A stretch of DNA of 54,183 nt from a virus (lineage: Duplodnaviria > Caudoviricetes). Numbering within the stretch: the first letter of the stretch is position 1; the number at the start of each line of letters is the position of its first letter. The notes beneath the pieces are model-generated. The model was not told the origin of the DNA, did no database searches, and saw nothing but the letters and a program-made list of their open reading frames with translations. The stretch covers positions 1 to 54,183 of the IMG/VR virus record IMGVR_UViG_3300031949_000050. One strand, given 5' to 3'. Shown here piece after piece: positions 1 to 8,588 of this stretch. The position numbers and the translations under genes were made by a program.

Positions 1-127
1 GAGGCCCTAGAAGCCGTTGAGCGCCAGGTAGCCAGAGAGGAGGAGATGGCTGGGCGGTACTCCCCTTCGGAATTGTGGTCCCGAGCTGACGCCCAGACGG
101 CGGCTCTGTGGAGAGAGCGCGCCGAGG
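1..127 (+). repeat. Exact 127-bp direct repeat, copy 1 (copy 2 at 14063..14189)
   Basis: Identical from gaggccctagaagcc to gcgccgagg; the copies diverge at 128 (t) versus 14190 (c). Confidence 0.95.
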
Positions 128-453
128 TCCGTTCGGTGCACGCAGTCGGCCAGGTCCTGGTAGATGCAGGGTTCGCCGAGGGCCGTTGGTCTGCCGATAG
201 CGTTCGGGATCTGATCCGCGAGCGGGACGAGGCGCGAGCGATGCTAGACACAGCGACCGCTTATGCCAAGCTAAAGGACGAGGCGCTGACCCGTGAGCGG
301 GACGAGGCCAAGCGAGCACACGGCAAGGACTGTCGCCTTCGTGACGCCGAGTGGAGCCGAGACTCTTTCGAGTACAAGGCTCAGCGCGATGCGGCCGAGG
401 CCGAGCGGGACGAGACGCGGGCCGAGCTGGGTGCATTGAAGGCGAAGACGTGA
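1..453 (+). CDS. Coiled-coil hypothetical phage protein, 5'-truncated; paralog of 13868..14413
   Basis: Frame is open from base 1. Contains repeated ERDEAR motifs and shares an exact 127-bp block with 14063..14189. Confidence 0.6.
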   Translation, partial: EALEAVERQVAREEEMAGRYSPSELWSRADAQTAALWRERAEVRSVHAVGQVLVDAGFAEGRWSADSVRDLIRERDEARAMLDTATAYAKLKDEALTRERDEAKRAHGKDCRLRDAEWSRDSFEYKAQRDAAEAERDETRAELGALKAKT

Positions 454-459
454 AACCCA

Positions 460-488
460 TTGACGCAAGTCCCGATGCAAGGTAGAGT
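460..488 (+). promoter_or_regulatory. Sigma70-like promoter
   Basis: TTGACG (460-465), 17-bp spacer, TAGAGT (483-488), in the intergenic gap before 554. Confidence 0.6.
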
Positions 489-553
489 TCCTTCCGGATC
501 GCCCAAGGCAGAACCCCCCTCCCAGCCTGGGCTCCCCCAACGGAAGGTAACCC

Positions 554-1573
554 ATGTTTGGACGAGCCCTCCCGCTCGTGCTGCTCGTGTGTCTCGTTGC
601 CTGTCAGGATGGTGGCAACGTGATCGTCGGGCCGCCGAGCCCCTCCCCTCAATCGTCTCAGTTCCAGGTGACGGCAGTGCCTAGCCCCCCCGTCTCGGCG
701 TCCGATCCCACGCCAAAGACGTGCAAGGATCGTTTCGCGTGGTGGGATCTGAAGACAGCCCCCGAAGCCGGTACCGCCGTCGCCACGTTCGAGCTTTCCG
801 GTTGGGATGACGGGAAGCTTCCCGGCTACCACTTCGCTTGCTTCAGTCCTCCGGGGCAGGGAGCCGGAGTGTTCGTGCGCTACGCTTCTGGGGACTCGAG
901 TCCGCTGCTGGTGGACCAGCTTCGGCGTTGCGATCCGATGGTCTATCAGTGTGACCTTGGCTGCGGATTCAGTCCACCGCAGAATGCTTCGTATAACGGT
1001 GGGAGCTTCGCGGGGCATGTCAACGTGTCGGTGCCTGCGCTTCCTCCGGGGCAATGCCAAGAGTGCCCATGGGTGACTCAGAAACCAGAGATCACATACG
1101 GGGAGTGGAGCGCATGCTCTCAGGACAAGAGCGCGCCTCAGTGCCACCGTTCGCGGTCAGTCACGACGCGCATCTATGAAGTGAACTCCTGTACGGAGGA
1201 ACGGCGCTTGGTGTCCGAGGAGACGCACACGGAAACGGAGCCATGTGCTTGTCCGACTCCTACGCCGCCGCCTTGTGAAGTGGACGGAGAGCCGGACGAT
1301 TGCGCGTGCTTGGATCTTCAGCCGGGCGAGGAGGAGTGCAAATACCTTGGGCTGACGCTTCTCCGAAAGATCGACACAACGGGGGATCCGTCCCAGATCG
1401 TAGCGGCCATGGATGCGGCGGCCGTGATGATCAAGGACGGGCGCGGTCAGTGCGACCAGCACAAGCAATCGTATCGGATCTACGTCGGAGTCCATGCCGG
1501 CGACGTGCTGCTCAAGCCCTCGTGCGGCGGTGCAATCTCGCATGTCTCGTACTGTCAATGTGACGAGGACTGA
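554..1573 (+). CDS. Cys-rich lipoprotein with a thrombospondin type-1-like motif
   Basis: Hydrophobic N-terminus ending in lipobox LVAC, Pro/Ser linker, many Cys, and motif YGEWSACS...CHRSRSV. Confidence 0.7.
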   Translation: MFGRALPLVLLVCLVACQDGGNVIVGPPSPSPQSSQFQVTAVPSPPVSASDPTPKTCKDRFAWWDLKTAPEAGTAVATFELSGWDDGKLPGYHFACFSPPGQGAGVFVRYASGDSSPLLVDQLRRCDPMVYQCDLGCGFSPPQNASYNGGSFAGHVNVSVPALPPGQCQECPWVTQKPEITYGEWSACSQDKSAPQCHRSRSVTTRIYEVNSCTEERRLVSEETHTETEPCACPTPTPPPCEVDGEPDDCACLDLQPGEEECKYLGLTLLRKIDTTGDPSQIVAAMDAAAVMIKDGRGQCDQHKQSYRIYVGVHAGDVLLKPSCGGAISHVSYCQCDED

Positions 1574-1813
1574 ATGAACTTTGAGCCGACGCCGGCCGTT
1601 CTCGCCGCCCGTAGCGTTCTGAGGGAGCGGCTGGCGTTGGTTCATCCAGACCAGACAGAGCGGTTCGTGCGCGACTGCGTGTTGGTGGAGGTGCGTGAAG
1701 CTGCCCTTGTCTACCTTCGATGGTGCCAGGAGACGCAGAAGCCGAAGGACTGGCCCACGGGGAAAGTCGTGAATGAACTTGTGGACACCATCATAAGGGC
1801 GGTGATCAGATGA
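1574..1813 (+). CDS. Hypothetical protein
   Basis: ATG abuts the previous stop, GAGGA lies upstream, and it overlaps the next gene by ATGA. Confidence 0.55.
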   Translation: MNFEPTPAVLAARSVLRERLALVHPDQTERFVRDCVLVEVREAALVYLRWCQETQKPKDWPTGKVVNELVDTIIRAVIR

Positions 1814-2055
1814 ACGTGATTGAAGCACTACGGGAAATCAGCCGTCCCGACCAACAAATGCGCTGGGCCTGGGCGCGTCCGGTGAGTTGGCGCGGAACTG
1901 GCATGGCTCTCTGTTTCGAGCCACCGCACCATTGGAAGCTGGTCCCCACGCTTCACGGAGGGCAAACAGCAAGCTTGCCAGCCCCGGAGGATCTGTTCGG
2001 GGAATGGGAGGTGGTAGACCCAGGTGCGGTGAATAGGGAATGGAGCCGAACGTGA
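1810..2055 (+). CDS. Hypothetical phage protein
   Basis: ATGA-coupled ORF with plausible composition (WARPVSWRG...DLFGEWEVV). Confidence 0.55.
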   Translation: MNVIEALREISRPDQQMRWAWARPVSWRGTGMALCFEPPHHWKLVPTLHGGQTASLPAPEDLFGEWEVVDPGAVNREWSRT

Positions 2056-2245
2056 AGCGGCCGAAGCGCGTCGTCTACGTGATCTACGGTGAAGGCTGGC
2101 TGTGGAATGGACTCGGCCCATGGGTGTCATCGACGGCCCCTGATCGGATAGCCGGTATCACATTCCCCAGTCGGCGGGCCGCACTGTCCATCGTGGCCCA
2201 ACTCCGTCGTTTCGGTGCGGCGAAAAGATTCCGTGTGGATCGGGC

Positions 2246-2386
2246 ATGAAAACATGCCATAGATGCGAGCGTCCTCCCGTTGGACGATGCGTTCTGTGTA
2301 GGGCGTTGGTGTGCGACACGCACCGTTCCGGGCACTGGATCGTAAAGCCGCTGGAGGAGGAGCCACAGCCCGATGTTGAAGGTTGA
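2246..2386 (+). CDS. Small zinc-finger protein (46 aa, not in ORF track)
   Basis: MKTCHRCERPPVGRCVLCRALVCDTH...; CxxC-CxxC-CxxH pattern resembles a B-box; ATGA overlap with the upstream ORF. Confidence 0.5.
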   Translation: MKTCHRCERPPVGRCVLCRALVCDTHRSGHWIVKPLEEEPQPDVEG

Positions 2387-2915
2387 TCGCTACTGTCCTC
2401 GGTGCAGGGAGCCCCGTCCATGGGAGCGGCTACGTGATTCTGGCGCTCGAGCCTCACGCTTCCCGTGCTTGGTCTGCGGGATGTCAACCAAGCGGATCAA
2501 GGGCCAGTTGAAGCGGGAGGTCATGCCTGCGCGGCTGTACGAGTACCGCAAGATGGTGGAGGAGGCGGACGAACTCTGCCGTGAGATCATCGCGCGCGAG
2601 AAGACGTGGTGCGCGGTATGCCACGCGAAACCGTACAGCGACGCGATGCACCTGTTTCCGAAGAAGCGGTATCCCCACATGCGGCATGACCTAGAGAACT
2701 TGGCCACAGGGTGCCGTGGCTGCCACATGAAGCTGACGAACGACCATGAGGCTCACCGGGACTTCTGCATCCGGCATCTCGGCCCGGAGCGATATGAGGC
2801 GCTGCGGCTGCGGTCGCTGAGTCGCTGCAAGGTGGACATGAAGCTGGTCATTTTGGACCTTCAGACACGGCTGTCGGTGCTACACTCCACTCGTCTAGCG
2901 ACCAAGGGGGCATGA
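2373..2915 (+). CDS. NinG/Rap-like HNH-fold endonuclease
   Basis: CAVC...DAMHLFPK...RHDLENLATGCRGCH followed by LGPERYEAL, typical of the NinG family; GGAGGAG RBS. Confidence 0.7.
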   Translation: MLKVDRYCPRCREPRPWERLRDSGARASRFPCLVCGMSTKRIKGQLKREVMPARLYEYRKMVEEADELCREIIAREKTWCAVCHAKPYSDAMHLFPKKRYPHMRHDLENLATGCRGCHMKLTNDHEAHRDFCIRHLGPERYEALRLRSLSRCKVDMKLVILDLQTRLSVLHSTRLATKGA

Positions 2916-3259
2916 TGCCCGACGATTGGCAGAAGCGGCGGCGCAGCGATCCACAGCCGGATGACTCCCTGTTCAGGAAACTCAACAAGAACCCGTTGGT
3001 CGACAAGGTGATCTACGCCGTCGTAACGGTTCTGATCGGTGGCTCGGCCAGCCTGGCAACGCACCAGGTGGCGGACGCCAACGGCATCGCGGCTCAGGAG
3101 AAGAGCCGTGCGGAGGTCCTCAAGCTCGAGGCGGACCTGAAGGAACTGCGCCAGAAGATGTATGAGCGTGTGGGCCGCGAGGAAGACGCTCGGGAGAAGG
3201 TTGAGCGCGAGTTGCAAGACCGACTGATAGTGATCGAGACGAAACTGCGGATGAGGTGA
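2912..3259 (+). CDS. Single-TM coiled-coil protein (possible lysis accessory)
   Basis: One hydrophobic segment (VIYAVVTVLIGG) followed by a coiled coil; lies upstream of the endolysin. Confidence 0.55.
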   Translation: MMPDDWQKRRRSDPQPDDSLFRKLNKNPLVDKVIYAVVTVLIGGSASLATHQVADANGIAAQEKSRAEVLKLEADLKELRQKMYERVGREEDAREKVERELQDRLIVIETKLRMR

Positions 3260-3570
3260 GCATGAGCGACACGCGAGGAGCAGCACCGTTCGACGGCGTG
3301 CCCAAGCCGGACTATGTGGTGACCAAGACCACTGCGGATGGCGAGCAGATCCGGAAGTTCGCTGACGCCAACATCTCGGCGGCCATCGACCGCGCCCTGG
3401 CGCAACTCCCCGCGGACAAGACGGTGGCGGTAGTGGCGACGGCCAATCTCGAGGGCGCGACTGGAGCGGTGATGGTCCGGATGAGAAACGATTGGTCGTT
3501 TGTTGCGACCGTCAATCGAACGTGGTCCGGCGAACTCAAGGCCGAGGCAGCAGTCAAATGGTCGCACTGA
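3256..3570 (+). CDS. Hypothetical protein
   Basis: Coupled ORF with GAGGTG RBS. Confidence 0.55.
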   Translation: MSMSDTRGAAPFDGVPKPDYVVTKTTADGEQIRKFADANISAAIDRALAQLPADKTVAVVATANLEGATGAVMVRMRNDWSFVATVNRTWSGELKAEAAVKWSH

Positions 3571-3742
3571 GGCGCAAAGCGCTCGGGGCCATGTCCACGC
3601 AGACCGCTATCGCGGATCTGGCCCGAGCCGTGCGATTGCTGGCACAGGCGAGACGGTGGAAGGAAGAGGATATCCCAGCGATGCGCCATGCTGAAGCGAT
3701 GGCGGACGAAGTGCTACATCGCGTGGAAGGGAGGCGGTCCGA

Positions 3743-4288
3743 ATGATCCTACCGATCAAGGGCCTTGACGCCGTGCGCCGCGAGCTTGGGGACTTTCGCT
3801 CGCATATCCTTCCGGACGGAACGGTGGCGCGGAATTGGGAGGAGAACATCCTCGGCACGGTGTACCTCCCCGAGCCGTTGCCCCTGGGTTGGGATCAGGA
3901 CACGAAGGTGTCACAGATTCGGTTCCACCACCTGCTGTGCGACCCGCTGCTTAAGGTGTTCGCGGAGATTCATTTGGCTGGCCTGTGGCGCGAGTTGCGG
4001 ACGTATGACGGAGCGTATGCGTTCAGGGCACAGCGTAGCAGCGTGTCGAAGCCATCGGCTCACTGCTGGGCTGCGGCCATCGACCTGGGGGCAGAGTGGA
4101 ACCAGCAACACACGCAACCGACGATGCACCCGAAGATCGTTGAGCTGTTTGAGTCCAGGGGGTTCGTCTGGGGTGGCAGGTGGGGACCGAACGGGGCACT
4201 GACGAGATGGGTTGATGGAAGGTGGACACGCCCCAGAGAGGACTGGACACGCTGCGACGGGATGCACATGCAACTGGTGAACTTCTGA
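3743..4288 (+). CDS. Endolysin, M15-family (L-Ala-D-Glu/D,D-type) Zn peptidase
   Basis: R...SAHCWAAAIDL (SxHxxxxAxD), GFVWGGRW and DGMHMQL (DxxH) motifs. Confidence 0.85.
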   Translation: MILPIKGLDAVRRELGDFRSHILPDGTVARNWEENILGTVYLPEPLPLGWDQDTKVSQIRFHHLLCDPLLKVFAEIHLAGLWRELRTYDGAYAFRAQRSSVSKPSAHCWAAAIDLGAEWNQQHTQPTMHPKIVELFESRGFVWGGRWGPNGALTRWVDGRWTRPREDWTRCDGMHMQLVNF

Positions 4289-4630
4289 AGTTCCGCAGGC
4301 TGCTGCTGGAGGCGCTCACGGTAGTGATCCTTGGCGGGCTGTTCTTTCTTGGCCTTGGTCTAGTGGGGAACTACTTTTTCTATGGGCGGTGGATCCGATG
4401 ATGCCACGTCAGATGCTTGTGCCAGTGTCCTCCTTCGCGGCGCTGTTCGCCATCGGCCACGTGGGGAGGCGCGGCTACCGGGACAAGCAGCGGCCATCAG
4501 TCGATGAGCACTTCGCTCCGCTGCCCCATGCTGATGGGGCTCAGTGCGTGAGCGTGAACGGCAGGCTGCGGTACCACCACACTCCGGACAAGGATGGGCG
4601 GTGCGTGTTCTGCCCAAAGAAGGTGAACGA

Positions 4631-5938
4631 ATGAGACGCTTCGCGCGGTGGCTGTACTTGGTGCTGATCCTGTTTCCGGTGATGGGCCTGCTCGTGGGGT
4701 GCGTGAGGCCGAAGCCGCCGAATCCGATCCCTAGCCCGACGCCAGTCCCTCCGTCTCTCTCTCCGCTTCGGATCGTGGGTGGAATATTCGTTCCGGAGCT
4801 CAAGGGCGCGATCGTCTGCTGTGACGACCCGCGCACGCCATCGGTGGACGAGGGCCTACGGGATGGCTGGCCCATGATGAACGTGGCGGCCCTGGACCGC
4901 ATCTCAGGGGCTTCGGTGAACTTCGCCCATGTTCGGCCAGGGCCGTACAGCCGGGGCGGATTGCAGGGTACGCAGTATGCTGGCAAGGAAGGGACCGAGG
5001 TGCTGCCCGATCTTCGCGCCTTCGTTGTCGAGGCCAACCGCCGAGGGATCTACGTGGAGATCAGCGTCATAGACAACTGGACGTTTGCCTCTCATCCGGA
5101 TCAGGGGCTGTACGGTGACGATTGTTCGGTGACGCAGGTCGCGCCAGGAGCGAACTATCTCGGGTGGGTGGACGCCCTGGTGTCGAGCACTGGCGATCTA
5201 CAGGTGCTCTACAACCTGGGGAACGAGGGCTTTCGATGCAAGCCGTCAGCGGTCTGGGAGGACGGGTTCGTGGCCAAGATCCGGGAGGTTGAGGCGGCTC
5301 GGGGCTGGCAGCGGCATCTCGTCGGGTCTGAGTGGTGGCTGCCCGACGTCCGAACCACCTATGACTACGTAGCCATCGGAGACGTGTTCTTTCGGCCACC
5401 CTCTCTCGGGACGCCGATCACGGCCAGTTACACGCTCAATGTTCCATTGATCTTGGTTGAGGACGATGGCGGCTGGCATCCGCCCTCGCAGTGGCGCGAC
5501 GTCGGGTCCATCGTCTGGCGCGGAATCATGTCGGACTCGGAGTTCTTGGCGGCGCTCAAGGGCCAGGACGCACCGCCGTATCCTTGTCCGGTCCCGGAGG
5601 AGGTGAGCCGGATCAACGTGACGGCCCACTACGGGGCGAGCACGCTCACTGTGGATGGGACGCCAAAGCACGCCTGTCCGGAGGGCAACTGCGACTATGG
5701 CCCAGAGACTCCGGAGGGCTGGACGCAGCGCATCGTGTGCGAGAGCGAGCGTGGCTACCCATACGTGTGGACGTTCAACGGCGTGACGTGCGACCCGTGG
5801 GCCAAGCCGACATCTCAATGCTTCCACGTCGGAAACCCCCTCCAAGTCAGAATCGATCCGGCGGCGCTGTCCGGCACGGTGACGGTCTGCGCCAAGGGCG
5901 GCGCATCCGGATGTGGTAGCGTGCGGCTTGCTCCGTAG
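4631..5938 (+). CDS. Lipoprotein with a clan GH-A (GH5-like) glycoside hydrolase barrel and Cys-rich C-terminal domain
   Basis: Lipobox LVGC, Pro linker, EANRRGIYVEI, YNLGNEG (NE acid/base) and PLILVED (candidate nucleophile). Start moved to ATG 4631 after an AAGGTG RBS. Confidence 0.6.
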   Translation: MRRFARWLYLVLILFPVMGLLVGCVRPKPPNPIPSPTPVPPSLSPLRIVGGIFVPELKGAIVCCDDPRTPSVDEGLRDGWPMMNVAALDRISGASVNFAHVRPGPYSRGGLQGTQYAGKEGTEVLPDLRAFVVEANRRGIYVEISVIDNWTFASHPDQGLYGDDCSVTQVAPGANYLGWVDALVSSTGDLQVLYNLGNEGFRCKPSAVWEDGFVAKIREVEAARGWQRHLVGSEWWLPDVRTTYDYVAIGDVFFRPPSLGTPITASYTLNVPLILVEDDGGWHPPSQWRDVGSIVWRGIMSDSEFLAALKGQDAPPYPCPVPEEVSRINVTAHYGASTLTVDGTPKHACPEGNCDYGPETPEGWTQRIVCESERGYPYVWTFNGVTCDPWAKPTSQCFHVGNPLQVRIDPAALSGTVTVCAKGGASGCGSVRLAP

Positions 5939-5946
5939 GAGGTCTG

Positions 5947-6051
5947 ATGGCCGGTTGGGCATGGGCGATCATCGTGGTGTTTGGCCTCATGGCCGTGGGT
6001 GCGCTGGCGGTGTGGATCTGGTCCAAGCGCTGGGGTAAGGGAGGGTGGTGA
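5947..6051 (+). CDS. Small single-TM membrane protein (34 aa)
   Basis: AGGAGG RBS; translates MAGWAWAIIVVFGLMAVGALAVWIWSKRWGKGGW. Confidence 0.55.
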   Translation: MAGWAWAIIVVFGLMAVGALAVWIWSKRWGKGGW

Positions 6052-6194
6052 TGGAACAAACGATCAAGTGCCCGATCTGCGGGCTTCCCTACGTGGTGTA
6101 TTCGCACTATGCCGGAGACCAGTCGGCATGTTGGAGCTGTAGACGAGAAGCACGTCGGGAATTGGAGCAAGCCGCCTATCCCGGATGGTCGTGA
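6051..6194 (+). CDS. Small zinc-ribbon protein (47 aa)
   Basis: TGATG coupling, GGAGG RBS, CPIC...CWSC. Confidence 0.5.
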   Translation: MEQTIKCPICGLPYVVYSHYAGDQSACWSCRREARRELEQAAYPGWS

Positions 6195-6265
6195 GCGCTA
6201 GACACGACCCTTCGAAGGGCGTATCCTCTACGCAGTGTGATGGTACCAAACACACGGGAGGTCGC

Positions 6266-6658
6266 ATGAAGAACGTACGCTTGTTCGCCTTTAGGCTGTT
6301 GCCGTACTTCCTGGGGACGGTAGCGGTGCTGACGCTGATGGTGCCGGCGCTGCTTCTGGCCCAGAGTCCGGCACCGCCAACGCCGCCGAATCCTGCGGAA
6401 CTCGGGGCTCAGTTGATCCCTCAACTGGTGTCGATCGTGGTCATCCCCTTCGTGGTGTACCTCGTGCGGTTGGGTCTGCCGAAGATCCCGCGCATCGCGG
6501 TCCCTGTGGTCGTGTTCGCCCTGGCGAGTCTCGCTGACTACTTGGGCGGCCTGGTCACGGGGGGCACGTTCAGCGTGCTGACCGCCGCGGCCATTACCGC
6601 GGGAGCGGTGCTGTTGCGTGAGGTGGTGACCACGCTGCAGGAGCACGGGTTCAACTGA
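6266..6658 (+). CDS. Multi-TM membrane protein, holin candidate
   Basis: GGAGGT RBS, several hydrophobic segments, IPRIAVPVVV motif, close to the endolysin. Confidence 0.55.
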   Translation: MKNVRLFAFRLLPYFLGTVAVLTLMVPALLLAQSPAPPTPPNPAELGAQLIPQLVSIVVIPFVVYLVRLGLPKIPRIAVPVVVFALASLADYLGGLVTGGTFSVLTAAAITAGAVLLREVVTTLQEHGFN

Positions 6659-7230
6659 TGTACCGAGGCGTTGGGCTTGTCCTCGTCGTGCTTCTAGCCG
6701 GGTGCAAGCCCACGCCTCGGCCGATTCCGCCCAGCCCATCCCCGTCACCGCTACCGACGCCTACGCCGTGGCCCTCATCTACGCCTCCAACTCCGTCCCC
6801 ATCTATCCCGCCGCCGGACCCCCCGGCACTGTGTGGACTCCCGGTCGAGCAAGACCGTTTCGTCTGTCAGCCGGGAGTCCCCACCCTCGCGCGCAACGTG
6901 CGCGTGGCCATCCTGGGGGTGATGCTGGACGCTCCGGAGCGCTTCGAGGTGGCCGAGGACGGGCAGGCGTGGCTGCTCAAGGCGGACGGCACTCGGGCCC
7001 GCCACGAGGAGCCGGGCAGCCCCGAGGCCAGGGCCTGGTTCGTGGCGGCGGTGGTGCTGAAGCTTCAGGAGGATGGTATGTGCGCCGGGTCGTTCGGCTC
7101 AGACGAAGTGGTGCTTGCGGCGACGTCAGCGGGGCCGTTCCAGACGTACGACGTGGTGAACGACGGGGGAGGCAACGTGCGGAAAGACCCTCCCGGCTAC
7201 GGAAACGATTGCGTGCCACAGGAGGACTAG
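6658..7230 (+). CDS. Lipoprotein with Pro-rich linker
   Basis: Canonical lipobox LAGC, PSPSP/PTPTP linker, Cys-containing globular domain. Confidence 0.75.
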   Translation: MYRGVGLVLVVLLAGCKPTPRPIPPSPSPSPLPTPTPWPSSTPPTPSPSIPPPDPPALCGLPVEQDRFVCQPGVPTLARNVRVAILGVMLDAPERFEVAEDGQAWLLKADGTRARHEEPGSPEARAWFVAAVVLKLQEDGMCAGSFGSDEVVLAATSAGPFQTYDVVNDGGGNVRKDPPGYGNDCVPQED

Positions 7231-7232
7231 CC

Positions 7233-7520
7233 ATGCTCGGATTCGTCTCCCTCCCATCGAAGCAACTCCAGTCAGATCAGCGCCTTGAGGTCCACGTCGG
7301 ATGGTTGGACATCGTGATGGGCCGCATGGGCTCACAGAGCGATTGTGCCATCGCTCGGGCGGTGCGCCGGGCGACAGGCGAGCAGTACGTGCGCGTGGAC
7401 GGCTCGGGCATCTACTACGGCACGGGCCGCTCGGACACGTCCCAGGCGTGCCGGGAGTTCATCGCCCGGTTTGACGGCACGGTGCTGGACGCCCGCCCAT
7501 TCTCTTTCGTGTTAGAGTAG
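7233..7520 (+). CDS. Hypothetical phage protein
   Basis: AGGAGG RBS; CAIARAVRRA...FIARFD...PFSFVLE motif. Confidence 0.6.
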   Translation: MLGFVSLPSKQLQSDQRLEVHVGWLDIVMGRMGSQSDCAIARAVRRATGEQYVRVDGSGIYYGTGRSDTSQACREFIARFDGTVLDARPFSFVLE

Positions 7521-7575
7521 ACGGGTCAGTACGTTATCCGACGCGCGCCGCGCCGACCGCGGCAGGAGTTGAGCG

Positions 7576-8205
7576 TTGAGACAGGTAATGGGCGCGGCGC
7601 AGATCCTCGAGTTGCTGCGCCACAGGCACGGCGGAGAATACTTCATCGGCGAGGCGAAGACGGGCAGCAGTTGGGGTCGCGAGTATGGCCGTGGCGAGCG
7701 CCTAGATGGCTGGGCGCTGCGCAACACGTGGTCGCCGCTGACGGCCTGCGGCTACGAGATCAAGGTCAGCCGCGCGGACTTCCGCGGAGACCATAAATGG
7801 CGCGACTACCTGCCATATTGCCATCAGTTCTACTTCGTGGTTCCCGCGCGGCTGATAGACAAGCGCGAGATCCCGACGGAAGCTGGATTGCTGTGGGCGC
7901 ACCCCAATAGGTTGACGGCCGTCAAGGCGGCGCCGCGTCGCGTCGTCGCCGCCGCGGATCTGGTGTCCATCATGGCCTACGCGCTGATGAGCCGCAGCCG
8001 CGCGGTGCGCAACATGTACGAGGCCAACGCCGAGGCGCGTGACGGCTGGCGCGCGTGGCTCGTCGGCGAGATACGAGATGGCCACATCGGACATCTCGTG
8101 GGCGCCAAGCTGCGCGAGCGCCTGGACCGCCTGTACGTCCTGGAGCAGCGAGAGGCATGGCGCGACGCTGACAGGGGCGTGCTCGTTGCGGGGAGGAGCG
8201 CGTGA
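7576..8205 (+). CDS. MmcB-like PD-(D/E)xK endonuclease
   Basis: RLDGWAL...GYEIKVSRADFRGDHKWRDYLPYCHQFYFVVP...EIPTEAGLL. Confidence 0.8.
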   Translation: MRQVMGAAQILELLRHRHGGEYFIGEAKTGSSWGREYGRGERLDGWALRNTWSPLTACGYEIKVSRADFRGDHKWRDYLPYCHQFYFVVPARLIDKREIPTEAGLLWAHPNRLTAVKAAPRRVVAAADLVSIMAYALMSRSRAVRNMYEANAEARDGWRAWLVGEIRDGHIGHLVGAKLRERLDRLYVLEQREAWRDADRGVLVAGRSA

Positions 8206-8588
8206 GGGCGTTCCTCGGCCTGATGCTTATGCTCGCCTGTCAGGGGCGCGCATCAACCGAGCTTTGCTTTTGTCCTTGCCCACCGCCACCAGGCTGCACT
8301 CTGATCGTGAGCAACTACCACGCCTACCCGCTCTACGTCGAGGTGAGCTTCAGCGCGACCTGGGAGGCTCCGGTAAAGCTCGCCGGGCTCACGGATGGGG
8401 GGAACGCTGGTCCCGTTCAGTACACGCGCATGACGCGCCGGGACGAACCTACGTTCTCCTACATGCGCGGCCCCGAGGGCACGGGCAACCAATACCTGTT
8501 CGGCTGGCTCACGGTGCTCGAGGGCGACAAGCGGTGTGAGGCTCGAGCAGATTTCATCGTGCCGTCACAGGGGACGGGACGCCGGTGA
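8202..8588 (+). CDS. Putative lipoprotein
   Basis: MRAFLGLMLMLAC lipobox-like N-terminus; Cys/Pro-rich start. Confidence 0.5.
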   Translation: MRAFLGLMLMLACQGRASTELCFCPCPPPPGCTLIVSNYHAYPLYVEVSFSATWEAPVKLAGLTDGGNAGPVQYTRMTRRDEPTFSYMRGPEGTGNQYLFGWLTVLEGDKRCEARADFIVPSQGTGRR

